From a virus (taxonomy: Duplodnaviria; Caudoviricetes), in IMG/VR virus record IMGVR_UViG_3300020213_000040, positions 1-51,762 of that record: a stretch of 51,762 nt of DNA; one strand, 5' to 3'. The translations under genes were made by a program, and so were the position numbers. The notes beneath the pieces are model-generated. The model saw only the letters and a list, made by a program, of their open reading frames with translations. It did no database searches and was not told the origin of the DNA. The stretch's first letter is position 1. Each line of letters begins with the position of its first letter. Shown here piece after piece: positions 1-8,467 of the stretch.

Positions 1-5
1 GATTG

Positions 6-131
6 GTTTCGGCAAGAAGGCGAAGCTCAAGATGATTTATCACGGGCCGCGCTTCATGTACCTCGATATGTCGCAGGTGAAGCTGCCGAAACCAATCAGC
101 ATCGAGAGCGGCAAGATCATTCCGATGGATG
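6..131 (+). repeat. Terminal direct repeat, left copy (126 bp), marking circular closure
   Basis: Identical to 51637-51762; only the first 5 nt of the window differ. Confidence 0.95.
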
Positions 132-184
132 AAGCCGCGCAGCGCCTCGACGATGCTGGGGCAGGTGAGGCGGCGAAATCTTGA
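8..184 (+). CDS. dnaB: C-terminal end of DnaB-like helicase, wrapping from 50355
   Basis: Frame continues through the repeat (FGKKAKLKMIYHGPRF...GEAAKS*), TGA at 182-184. Confidence 0.85.
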   Translation, partial: FGKKAKLKMIYHGPRFMYLDMSQVKLPKPISIESGKIIPMDEAAQRLDDAGAGEAAKS

Positions 185-537
185 ACGCTGTCGATCAAGC
201 GCAGATTGCGCTCTGGGATTATGGCGAACCGGTTGATGTCGAGATGCGAAACCCTGTCATTCGTCGGCTCTTTCTGGAGACGAATCTCGCATATTTCAGA
301 GCGCACAGCCCGACGGCAAAGATGCTGATGAATCGCGCGCTGCGTGAATGGCGGCTGGTGATTCGCGTACCGGGTTTAGAGCCGATTCACCCTACTTTGT
401 TTGTGGATACACGGTGCAGCGCCATGCCCGAATGGGGTGATGTGCGGCTGCTGCAGCCGATGTGCGGCGAGGCTTTCTGGCCGTTGTCGCCGTTGATGAT
501 CGTGGTAATGAGCGGCATTCAGCCGATAGCGAATTAA
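181..537 (+). CDS. Hypothetical protein
   Basis: TTG start overlaps the helicase stop (TTGA coupling). Confidence 0.6.
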   Translation: MNAVDQAQIALWDYGEPVDVEMRNPVIRRLFLETNLAYFRAHSPTAKMLMNRALREWRLVIRVPGLEPIHPTLFVDTRCSAMPEWGDVRLLQPMCGEAFWPLSPLMIVVMSGIQPIAN

Positions 538-551
538 GAAAGGGAATTGAA

Positions 552-962
552 ATGACAGCATTGGCCCGTTTGACCCCGAAACAGCAGGAATTACTGGAGA
601 TGTACCACGAGGGCTTGGAAATCGACACGATCCGGCACGGTGTTTATCGAGTGAACAACGCTTTGCTGTCACGGGGGCTGATTCAATACCTGCCAATTGA
701 AGGGCAGTGGGAGCTTACGGACGCGGGTAAAGCCATGTTCGAGGAACGCGATCTCACTGGAAACATCGTTGATATGTTTGCTCCTAAGCAGAAAGTGGAA
801 ATCCTGACATGGAACAACTGGGGCGGCAAGTACCGTGCTATTTGGGACGCAGGCAGAGTGGTTAAGACGAGCAGCAGTCGGGTTCTCGTGGCCATTGATG
901 GAAAGGGCTACTGGCGCGATCCGCGCATGATGCGTCCTGCGCCTGTCGTCGAGGGGGTTTAA
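552..962 (+). CDS. Hypothetical protein (possible wHTH plus small beta-barrel)
   Basis: ATG at 552 after AAGGGA; MTALARLTPKQQELLEM... Confidence 0.65.
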   Translation: MTALARLTPKQQELLEMYHEGLEIDTIRHGVYRVNNALLSRGLIQYLPIEGQWELTDAGKAMFEERDLTGNIVDMFAPKQKVEILTWNNWGGKYRAIWDAGRVVKTSSSRVLVAIDGKGYWRDPRMMRPAPVVEGV

Positions 963-968
963 GCGATC

Positions 969-1913
969 ATGGCAGTAGCCAATCCGCTTTTGAGTCGTGA
1001 ACTTAAATTCAATACCAAACAGGTTGTGATCGACTACGTTCTCGACATGATCACGACCTCCGAGCAGATGCGTGTTGTTGGCACTGAATCACTGAGCCGC
1101 AATCCGCACTGGCGCACTCTGGCTGAGGTCAGAGCATTCTACGAACGACATGACTATGTGCTGGTGGAAGAAACCGAGGTCGGTCTGATTTACGAAAAGC
1201 CTCTGTATGGCGAAGTTCCAAAGGGCCGGCGGAAGACGCGCTTCGATCACCTTCCGACGTGCATCGTCTGTGGCGGAGTTCGCTGGAAAAAGAGTGTCTA
1301 CTGCAAGACACACTATCGGGAAATGAAAGGTCAACCACAACAGCAACCTAAATCGGGTGAGTGGGTGAGCGTCGATCCGCCGCAGCTCGCGCCGGGCCCG
1401 ACGGATGAGGAAATTCTCGCTCCCGCTTTCTTGGCGCAGGTCGAATCAGTCACGCCAGACGAGAAGTCTAATAGAAAGCCCGGACGACTAGCTCGGACAG
1501 AGTGTCCTGAATGCGGCGGATTGGTCTTCAAGAGAGGGTTGTGCCAGAAGCACTACTCCGAAAAACGAGAAGAGGAATATCAAAGATATTCTGCTCCTCA
1601 AAGACAGTGTAAGTCTGAAGGCTGCACTGAATCGCGTATCAAGTGGGAACAGTTCTGCGCTCGGCACCTTGAAGAATTGCAGACCGGCAATGTGGGTACG
1701 AGTGTAGGGCGGCGTACCTCTATTCCGGTGAAAGCCGTTCGTCGTGTAAAGATGACCATCGAAGCTGCCGAAACCGATCAGTCGGCGCGCTTCTGCTCAT
1801 TCTGTCTGACTGGCAAGCCGTTGTCAGCTTTCGATACGAGCAAAGATACAAAGTGGGGCGTTCTGAATTTCATCTGCCGGAAGTGTGAAGCGAAGAAGCA
1901 GCGAGTGAAGTAA
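969..1913 (+). CDS. Cys-rich multi-zinc-finger protein
   Basis: Repeated CxxC...CxxH motifs and a C-terminal CxxC...CxxC. Confidence 0.7.
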   Translation: MAVANPLLSRELKFNTKQVVIDYVLDMITTSEQMRVVGTESLSRNPHWRTLAEVRAFYERHDYVLVEETEVGLIYEKPLYGEVPKGRRKTRFDHLPTCIVCGGVRWKKSVYCKTHYREMKGQPQQQPKSGEWVSVDPPQLAPGPTDEEILAPAFLAQVESVTPDEKSNRKPGRLARTECPECGGLVFKRGLCQKHYSEKREEEYQRYSAPQRQCKSEGCTESRIKWEQFCARHLEELQTGNVGTSVGRRTSIPVKAVRRVKMTIEAAETDQSARFCSFCLTGKPLSAFDTSKDTKWGVLNFICRKCEAKKQRVK

Positions 1914-1919
1914 CGAGAA

Positions 1920-1952
1920 GAGCCGTCGACGGCGCTACACCGTCGACGGCTC
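1920..1952. repeat. Perfect 13-bp inverted repeat built from two CCGTCGACGG palindromes
   Basis: GAGCCGTCGACGG-CGCTACA-CCGTCGACGGCTC; intergenic, no U-tract. Confidence 0.8.
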
Positions 1953-1989
1953 CAATAGACCCTCGTAGTCTACGGAAAGGATACCACGA

Positions 1990-2442
1990 ATGCCAACTTG
2001 GAAAGTCGTCACGGTTTACAACCCTCATGCGATGTATATCGCGTGGGGTGATAAGTGTTTTGAGACACGTGGTTGGGAGCCAGATTCCAACACACTTCGA
2101 CCCGGCGAGATTTTAATGATTCATGCTGGCACTCACCGGCTGACCAAAAGGGACAAAGCGTTTCACACCAATCCGGTGAGCGCGATCTTTACCGAAATAT
2201 GGAAACGTCAGGGGATCACCGACCTCGATACGCTGCCTTACGGCGCGATTGTCGCGGCTGCCATTTTCAAAGGCGCTCATCGGGTCGAGACCTTGAAAGA
2301 CAAGCTCTCGGTCAAAGAACGGGCGCTCGGTGATTACAGTCCGGGCAGGTTTGCGTGGGAACTGGAGGTTGTCAGAGTGGCAGCCAAGCCGATTGTTGCG
2401 GCTGGCAAACAGGGCATTTGGCGGTGGAGCGAGGGGCAATAG
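1990..2442 (+). CDS. ASCH domain protein
   Basis: PHAMYIAWGDKCFETRGW...IHAG...GAIVA...GKQGIW matches the ASCH signature GxKxxExR. Confidence 0.85.
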   Translation: MPTWKVVTVYNPHAMYIAWGDKCFETRGWEPDSNTLRPGEILMIHAGTHRLTKRDKAFHTNPVSAIFTEIWKRQGITDLDTLPYGAIVAAAIFKGAHRVETLKDKLSVKERALGDYSPGRFAWELEVVRVAAKPIVAAGKQGIWRWSEGQ

Positions 2443-2473
2443 AAAAGAACTTATGGAAAGGCGGGGGGAGGTT

Positions 2474-2710
2474 ATGAGCGGGAGCGGGTATCGGATGGAG
2501 CGGCGGGTGATCGAACTGCAAATCGTGCATATTGTGCGCGGTTTGCAGCGGCGGATGGGGCGGGGCATTTTGCCTGTGGATGTGCAGCCGTGGCTGGTGG
2601 GGTACAGGGCAGAGCAGACGCTGCGGATGGATATGATGCGGCTCGTCGATGAGGGGTACTTGGAGCGCATCGGCGGGGATGGTTCGAGGCGGGGGTATCG
2701 GGTGGCGTGA
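2474..2710 (+). CDS. Small putative winged-helix protein
   Basis: GGGAGG RBS; TLRMDMMRLVDEGYLERIG resembles a wHTH recognition helix and wing. Confidence 0.55.
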   Translation: MSGSGYRMERRVIELQIVHIVRGLQRRMGRGILPVDVQPWLVGYRAEQTLRMDMMRLVDEGYLERIGGDGSRRGYRVA

Positions 2711-2804
2711 AGGTGGCTGATAGTCCCCATAGAAACATTCGGCGGGGACACCCGTCTTTAGACGGGCGGGGAAGCCGAAGTCTCCTTTCTGATTAAACGA
2801 ACGG

Positions 2805-2833
2805 TTGCAAGAGATAATTGCGCGTGGTATAAT
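2805..2833 (+). promoter_or_regulatory. sigma70-type promoter of tnpA
   Basis: TTGCAA-17 nt-TATAAT with extended -10 TG, 10 nt before the ATG. Confidence 0.75.
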
Positions 2834-2842
2834 TTGTTCACT

Positions 2843-3232
2843 ATGAGTGAACAAACGCGACACGCCCACTACAACATCAACTACCACCTTGTGTGGTGTC
2901 CGAAGTTTCGCCGCCCTGTTTTGGCTGGCGATGTTGGAAAACGTCTCACCGAACTCATTCCGCAGCAAGTGGAAAAGTTGGGCGGGCGTGTTTTGGAATT
3001 GGTCGTCCAACCGGATCACGTTCACCTGTTTGCGACGTTCCCGCCCACGATTGCGATTTCTCAAATCATGCACGGGTTGAAAGGTGCAACCGCTTTCCAA
3101 CTGCGGAAAGAGTTCCCGCATCTGAAAAGCCGTCTGCCTAGCTTGTGGACGCACTCGTACTATGTTGGCACTGCTGGTTATGTGTCGGCAGAAACAATTC
3201 GTCGTTACATTGACGACCAGAAGGGGCAGTAG
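2843..3232 (+). CDS. tnpA: Y1 HUH transposase TnpA
   Basis: YHLVWCPKFRR, PDHVHL (HUH motif), LWTHSYYVGTAG, catalytic Tyr in IRRYI. Confidence 0.97.
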   Translation: MSEQTRHAHYNINYHLVWCPKFRRPVLAGDVGKRLTELIPQQVEKLGGRVLELVVQPDHVHLFATFPPTIAISQIMHGLKGATAFQLRKEFPHLKSRLPSLWTHSYYVGTAGYVSAETIRRYIDDQKGQ

Positions 3233-3235
3233 CCC

Positions 3236-4414
3236 GTGAACCTGACCTACGAATATCGCCTGTTTACGCGCAAGGACGAAGCGCAAGCTCTCAACAATCT
3301 GCTTGAACAGGGGCGTGATGTTTACAATTGGGCGTTGGCTCAATGTAAAACTAGTTACGAAACGTCGGGTAAGCACGAAACGGGCTTGGGCCAGTGGGCG
3401 TATTTCCGCGAATGGCGCAAACAACCCGGTATTCTGCTCAATGCCAGCAGCTTGCAACAGCTTCTGCGACGGTTGGACAAGTCCTACAGCGCGTTCTTTC
3501 GTCGCATCAAAGCAGGTGAAACACCGGGACACCCACGCTTCAAACCCGCACAGCGTTTCAACAGCGTCGAGTACACCTACGGTGATGGTTGCAAGTTCAC
3601 ACCCGTAGCGGGAAACAGCGCCACGCTGTATGTGCAGAACATTGGCCACATCAAAGTCAAAATGCACCGCATTCTGCCTGAGAACGCGGTGATTAAGCAT
3701 GTTCTCATCAAGCGCAAAAACCGGAAGTGGTTCGTGTACCTGATGCTTGAACTGCCCGATATTGTCTTTGTGTCCAACGGTCTGCCTGCTGTTGGTGGTG
3801 ACATGGGTCTGCTGCGCTTGCTCACGCTCTCTGATAATACGCTGATTGACAACCCGCGCTGGCTGCGACACACGTTGAGTGAACTTCGCACCGCCCAACG
3901 GCGGTTGAGTCGTCGCAAAAAGGGCAGTCACCGACGACGGAAAGTCGCATTTCAAGTTGCACTTCTGCATGAGCATGTGTCCAAACAGCGCAAAGACTTC
4001 TGGCACAAACTCACGTTCGGTTTGGTCAACACATACGGATTGGTCGCGCTTGAAGACCTTGAACTCAAGTTTATGCTGCTCAATCGCAAGCTCTCCCTCA
4101 GTGCTCACGACGCAGGGTTGGGTATCTTCCAAAGTCTGCTGCGCTACAAAGCTGTAAAAGCTGGTTGCGCGATAGACTTGGTAGACCCCGCTTATACGTC
4201 GCAGGTGTGCTCCGGCTGCGGTTGCTTGGTTGAGAAAGCCCTGTCTGAACGTGTGCATCGCTGTCCTAATCCTGACTGCCTGCTTGTTCTTGACCGGGAT
4301 GTCAATGCGGCCCGGAATATATTGTCTCTAGCATTAAAGTCGGCGGGGACACCGCCGTCAGGCGCTAAGGTAGCGGATCGCCGCAAGCCTAGCCTGAGAA
4401 GCTCCCGTCTTTAG
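3236..4414 (+). CDS. tnpB: TnpB RNA-guided endonuclease
   Basis: RuvC-I GGDMG, RuvC-II ALEDL, zinc finger CSGCG...CPNPDC, RuvC-III DRDVNAARNI, all intact. Confidence 0.95.
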   Translation: MNLTYEYRLFTRKDEAQALNNLLEQGRDVYNWALAQCKTSYETSGKHETGLGQWAYFREWRKQPGILLNASSLQQLLRRLDKSYSAFFRRIKAGETPGHPRFKPAQRFNSVEYTYGDGCKFTPVAGNSATLYVQNIGHIKVKMHRILPENAVIKHVLIKRKNRKWFVYLMLELPDIVFVSNGLPAVGGDMGLLRLLTLSDNTLIDNPRWLRHTLSELRTAQRRLSRRKKGSHRRRKVAFQVALLHEHVSKQRKDFWHKLTFGLVNTYGLVALEDLELKFMLLNRKLSLSAHDAGLGIFQSLLRYKAVKAGCAIDLVDPAYTSQVCSGCGCLVEKALSERVHRCPNPDCLLVLDRDVNAARNILSLALKSAGTPPSGAKVADRRKPSLRSSRL

Positions 4415-4453
4415 ACGGGAGAGTTGTCACACACGGACATTGAAAGGATTGAG

Positions 4454-4699
4454 ATGAAACAGAAAATCACTATCCACAAACTGAAGCTCGAAATTGAAGT
4501 CGAGTTACCACTTACTGAGGAGTTGCGCGACAAGATTTATGCGCTGCTCAATGCCAACCCACGCAAGCCCATCCGTGAGCGATTGAAGGCATTGCGGGCG
4601 CGCTTGGTTTCAGCATACCCCGAACTCGCAGATGGGGCAGAGGCAGAACTGGCGGCGATCCAGCGCGCTTGGTTTCAGGACACGCCGAAAGTGAAATAA
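4454..4699 (+). CDS. Hypothetical protein
   Basis: AAAGGA RBS, ATG at 4454. Confidence 0.6.
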   Translation: MKQKITIHKLKLEIEVELPLTEELRDKIYALLNANPRKPIRERLKALRARLVSAYPELADGAEAELAAIQRAWFQDTPKVK

Positions 4700-4842
4700 A
4701 CGCGGTTATCAGCCATCAGAACGGGCTAAATTTGAACTCAATGTCCGTTTTCCCGGAAAGTTACGCGAGAAACGAATATCCGATAAGCAATTCGAGGTGT
4801 GAAATGGGAAGTCATCAGGGCAGGTTATGGGGACGGTGAACC

Positions 4843-5193
4843 GTGACTGAGAAACCCAAGATCGTCGTGCTGTGCGGTTCAACGCGCTTTTCCGAGGCGT
4901 TCCGTGAAGCCAATCTCCGCGAAACACTGGCCGGCAACATTGTCCTCTCGATAGGCTGCGACATGCGTTCCGATGCTGATCTATTCGCGGCGATGACCGA
5001 TGAGGAGCGCGCAGGCGTAAAAGCACGATTGGACGAGCTGCACCTGCGTAAGATCGATCTCGCGTCAGAAGTATTGGTACTGAATGTCGGTGGCTATGTC
5101 GGTGAATCGACCCAGCGCGAGATTTCCTACGCGCTGGAGCATGACAAACCGCTGCGTTGGTTGGAGGATAGCGACATGATCGCAGTGGCATGA
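4843..5193 (+). CDS. Nucleoside 2-deoxyribosyltransferase-like (DUF4406-like) protein
   Basis: LCGSTRF...LHLRKIDLASEVLVLNVGGYVGESTQREISYA motif pattern. Confidence 0.7.
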   Translation: MTEKPKIVVLCGSTRFSEAFREANLRETLAGNIVLSIGCDMRSDADLFAAMTDEERAGVKARLDELHLRKIDLASEVLVLNVGGYVGESTQREISYALEHDKPLRWLEDSDMIAVA

Positions 5194-5396
5194 AGATCAA
5201 ACGGTTCTGGCTGCCAACGAATGGCACGTTGCCGCTGCATGTGCTGAAAGATGTTGCGCGGGTCAACTGCATGTGGATTTCCATCAATGAAGATGGTTGT
5301 CGTCGCTACTTCCTGCGTCTGAGCGATAAGGGGCGTTGGACGTATGTCTCAACGTGTCCCATTGACGCGGATAAGTTCTTTCTGCGATGGGTTTAG
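5190..5396 (+). CDS. Hypothetical protein
   Basis: ATGA coupling to the upstream gene. Confidence 0.55.
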   Translation: MKIKRFWLPTNGTLPLHVLKDVARVNCMWISINEDGCRRYFLRLSDKGRWTYVSTCPIDADKFFLRWV

Positions 5397-5440
5397 AGCA
5401 ATGTACGTCGTAAAAGTTAATTAGAGGAGACAAATCCCAT

Positions 5441-6670
5441 AATGTCATTCGGCGGGGACACCCGGTTTTAACCGGGTGGGGAAGCCGAAACTATCCTTTC
5501 TACTCTGGCGTAATTCGCCAATACTTGGTACAATGTGCTTATGAAACTGATTGCTCAACTCAAGTTGCAACCGACGCCCGAACAACACGCCTTGCTTAAG
5601 CAAACGCTTGAGACTGCCAATGCCGCCTGTAACTTCGTGAGCGACATCGCCTGGGAACAACAGGTATTTGGGCAGTTCGCGTTGCATGGGTTGTGCTACA
5701 AAGACGTTCGTCAGCGCTTTGGCTTGGGCGCGGATGTAGTTGTGCGTGTGTTCGCCAAAGTTGCCGACGCCTACAAGTTGGACAATAAAACGAAGCGCGG
5801 ATTTAAGGTTCTTGCCGCCTTCCCGTTCAACGAACGCTTGGTGTCCTACAAACTCACTCCTCAAATCGTCAGTATTTGGACGATGGGTGGACGACAGAAA
5901 ATGCCGTTTGTGTGCGGTGAACAGCAACTTGCGCTCTTGCAGGGGCTTCGTGGCGAATGCGATTTGGTTTATCGCAATGGCGAGTTCTACCTGTTCCAAA
6001 CCTGCGATGTTGAAGAAGCGCCAGAAATCGAAGCCGATGAATTTCTGGGTATCGACGTAGGTATCGCCAACATCGCGGTAGATAGTGACGAGACATTTCA
6101 TCAGGGCAAGGGCGTCAAGAATGTTCGTCACCGTCACCGCAGTCTGCGTGAAAAGCTGCAACGCAAGCAGACCGATAGCGCCCGCCGCAAGCTGAAGCGC
6201 TTGTCGGGTAAGGAACGGCGCTATGCAACCAATGTCAACCACGTTATCTCGAAGCAAATCGTGAAAACCGCTCAAGACACCGGACGCGGTATCTCCCTTG
6301 AAAATCTCAAGGGTATCCGCAAACGGGTAACGGCTCGGAAGCGCCAGCGCACGGTTCTGCATAGTTGGGCCTTCAATCAATTGCAAGGCTTTATCAAGTA
6401 CAAGGGCAAACGTGCTGGTGTGCCTGTGGTCTTTGTTGACCCGCGCAACACCAGTCGTACCTGTCCTGATTGTGGTTATGTTGATAAAGCCAATCGCAAG
6501 ACCCAAGATAAGTTCCTCTGTATTCGGTGTGGAAAAGCTGGACACGCTGATTACTTCGCTGCGATTGAAATTGGTCGCAGGGCTTTTGTCAGTAAGCCAA
6601 ACGTAGGCACGAGCGCAGAACATCGCGCTCCCGACTTACAAGCTCCCGGATTGATCCGGGAGTAACTGAC
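5441..6670 (+). mobile_element. Non-autonomous IS1341-type element (tnpB only), inserted 3' of CCAT
   Basis: Left end nearly identical to that of 2731-4430 (CATTCGGCGGGGACACCCG...GGGGAAGCCGAA); right end CAAG-CTCCCGGATTGATCCGGGAG-TAAC-TGAC. Confidence 0.9.
5541..6665 (+). CDS. tnpB: TnpB RNA-guided endonuclease (second, divergent copy)
   Basis: GIDVG, SLENL, CPDCG...CIRCG, HADYFAA; ATG 7 nt after a TG-n-TACAAT -10, so probably leaderless. Confidence 0.95.
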   Translation: MKLIAQLKLQPTPEQHALLKQTLETANAACNFVSDIAWEQQVFGQFALHGLCYKDVRQRFGLGADVVVRVFAKVADAYKLDNKTKRGFKVLAAFPFNERLVSYKLTPQIVSIWTMGGRQKMPFVCGEQQLALLQGLRGECDLVYRNGEFYLFQTCDVEEAPEIEADEFLGIDVGIANIAVDSDETFHQGKGVKNVRHRHRSLREKLQRKQTDSARRKLKRLSGKERRYATNVNHVISKQIVKTAQDTGRGISLENLKGIRKRVTARKRQRTVLHSWAFNQLQGFIKYKGKRAGVPVVFVDPRNTSRTCPDCGYVDKANRKTQDKFLCIRCGKAGHADYFAAIEIGRRAFVSKPNVGTSAEHRAPDLQAPGLIRE

Positions 6671-6761
6671 TTCCAACTAACTATTGGAGCGGTGAAAAAG
6701 CCCGTTTGAGAGTTCAGTCCTTTATTGCCTTCTGCCGTGCAGGGCGTTTTAAGATTCGATA

Positions 6762-7103
6762 GTGCTGATGATCCAGTTACCGCTTTTGCTTTACGACGAT
6801 GTGGCGCGTGAGGTCGAGCGCGCCATTCGGCGGCTCGCTTACGATGACGCGCTTGTTCGTCGCGGCTGGCGATTGGAGTACGTCAGGCTGTCTTACGGAC
6901 TGAGCCACTTTCGGTTGTACCGCGGGAGTAGGTTGGTTGGCATTGTCGATGTTCGTTCGCGCTCCGTACTGCCGAGAGTGCATCACAATCTCGCAGCGTA
7001 TTTAGCAGGGCTTGGATTTACGGCAAGGAACACACGATTGGTTACGTTCGGCGCGAAGACGCCGCTGGATGCGAAGAAACACCGAATGCCGAAGTTATTT
7101 TAG
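6762..7103 (+). CDS. Hypothetical protein
   Basis: Co-directional ORF of 113 aa. Confidence 0.5.
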   Translation: MLMIQLPLLLYDDVAREVERAIRRLAYDDALVRRGWRLEYVRLSYGLSHFRLYRGSRLVGIVDVRSRSVLPRVHHNLAAYLAGLGFTARNTRLVTFGAKTPLDAKKHRMPKLF

Positions 7104-7228
7104 CGGCTGGTTAAGAGGATTGTCGAACCGATAGATACGGGCGCAGATCGCGCCCGTATTGCTGCCGACAAATGCTTTTTTGTTCCCTGCTACGCTGAAC
7201 AAAATTAAATATTACGGCAGGGAAGCCA

Positions 7229-7789
7229 GTGAGCAACAAAAAAAGAAAGAAGCGTGAACGAAAGTGGCTGCGCGATGAACAACTTCGGCAGCCACACCGT
7301 TCATCAACCTATTGGCAAAATCAGAATCGCAGGTTCGAGAACTGGCCGCCTCACGGCGTAACGGCTGCGGATTGGGATAAACAGCAGCAGCAGAATGCGC
7401 GAGATCGGGATGAAGCCGTTTGCGCTGCGGCTGAAGAAGTTGCCCGGCGCTTTCAGCCGGGTGCGTTGGGCGAGAGCGAATTCACCGTTGCGCTCGATCA
7501 CGCCGCCGACGTGCGGCACTGGCACGATGCGTACATGGCGAATCTTGTCGATATGCGTGTGGAATATGGGGAGGTCGGCGCGGCGCTGAAAAATGTCGAT
7601 TGGAAAGAGCGCGCGAAACCGACATGGTGGCAAGACCCGCATCTCTGGGCGAAAGGCGGCAACCGAAAGCGGCAGAGTCACAAGGCGTTTCTCGTTTTCG
7701 GGAGCATCATGCCGATAGCAGAGGAGGCGGCAATCATTAACGTTGGCAATGAGGCAAGTCTGATTTATTGGTCAATACGAGGCCGATGA
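7229..7789 (+). CDS. Hypothetical protein with a basic N-terminus
   Basis: MSNKKRKKRERKW...; AGGGAAG upstream of GTG. Confidence 0.6.
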   Translation: MSNKKRKKRERKWLRDEQLRQPHRSSTYWQNQNRRFENWPPHGVTAADWDKQQQQNARDRDEAVCAAAEEVARRFQPGALGESEFTVALDHAADVRHWHDAYMANLVDMRVEYGEVGAALKNVDWKERAKPTWWQDPHLWAKGGNRKRQSHKAFLVFGSIMPIAEEAAIINVGNEASLIYWSIRGR

Positions 7790-7852
7790 AGATGAGTGGG
7801 GTGCTTGACTACGTGAAAAGTCATGATATGCTTGTTCTATACGACAATACCA

Positions 7853-7884
7853 AAAAACGCCCAATTCCGGGCGTTTTTCGTTTT
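7853..7884. terminator. Intrinsic terminator, possibly bidirectional
   Basis: AAAAACGCCC-AATTCC-GGGCGTTTTT. Confidence 0.7.
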
Positions 7885-7996
7885 CTGGCACAACCGAGTA
7901 TCAAGGCCAAGTCCTATGACCAACTGAGATTGCTGACAGCAAAACGTGAAACCGTATCAGATATAGCGCAGGGTGGAACATCCGCCCTGCCAATAT

Positions 7997-8079
7997 GCCA
8001 GTGGGCGACCCTGAGCCAATTGGTGGGAGTCACGACGGATACATTCGTCTGCAACTGGGTTCGAGTCCCGGCGCTGGCA
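7997..8079 (+). ncRNA. tRNA-like cloverleaf with non-canonical D and anticodon arms
   Basis: Acceptor GCCAGTG/CGCTGGC+A; T-arm CTGGG-TTCGAGT-CCCGG; anticodon-position stem GACGG/TCGTC with a 6-nt loop. Confidence 0.6.
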
Positions 8080-8185
8080 CATAAACCATTTTCAACATTA
8101 GTTGTACGGGCTGTCGCCGAAATCGACAGGCAGGGGCGCGACTGCGAAACGCGCTTTCGTTTTGTCTTATAGGCGAGGTGCAGGT

Positions 8186-8446
8186 ATGGAACAGGAAGCT
8201 CAAACTCCGGCCAGTGTCATTCAACGACTGCGCAGCCGTTGTCGTTACCACACCTTCGAAGTGCGGATGAAGCTGCACCAATGGTGCGAAAAGGCGTTTA
8301 TGTGGTTCATCTGGAAGCTGCCACGCGGAATCATCTATTTTGCAGTCATCCGTATGTGGGCGCACGGAACGACAGGGCAGTATGGCAACACGCACCCGGA
8401 AGAATTGACTTGGAACGAAGCGCTGAAACGCTGGCGCGCAGGCTGA
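8186..8446 (+). CDS. Hypothetical protein
   Basis: GAGGTG RBS, ATG at 8186. Confidence 0.6.
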   Translation: MEQEAQTPASVIQRLRSRCRYHTFEVRMKLHQWCEKAFMWFIWKLPRGIIYFAVIRMWAHGTTGQYGNTHPEELTWNEALKRWRAG

Positions 8447-8467
8447 GAAGTTGTAACGAATGACATT

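Larger units (their letters stand above)
2731..4430 (+). mobile_element. IS200/IS605-family element (tnpA + tnpB), inserted 3' of CCAT
   Basis: Left hairpin CCCGTC-TTTA-GACGGG at 2751-2766; right end GAAG-CTCCCGTCTTTAGACGGGAG-AGTTG-TCAC ending 4430; no target duplication. Confidence 0.92.

Noticed and set aside
6-131. Terminal repeat as biological phage ends or att sites
   Set aside because: It lies inside the helicase gene and its length is typical of an assembler overlap.
2372-4258. 628-aa minus-strand ORF, and the 392-aa minus-strand ORF at 5445-6623
   Set aside because: Antisense shadows of tnpA/tnpB with no recognisable motifs.
7768-8172. 134-aa ORF
   Set aside because: It spans a terminator, promoter-like sequence and the tRNA-like element; likely non-coding.
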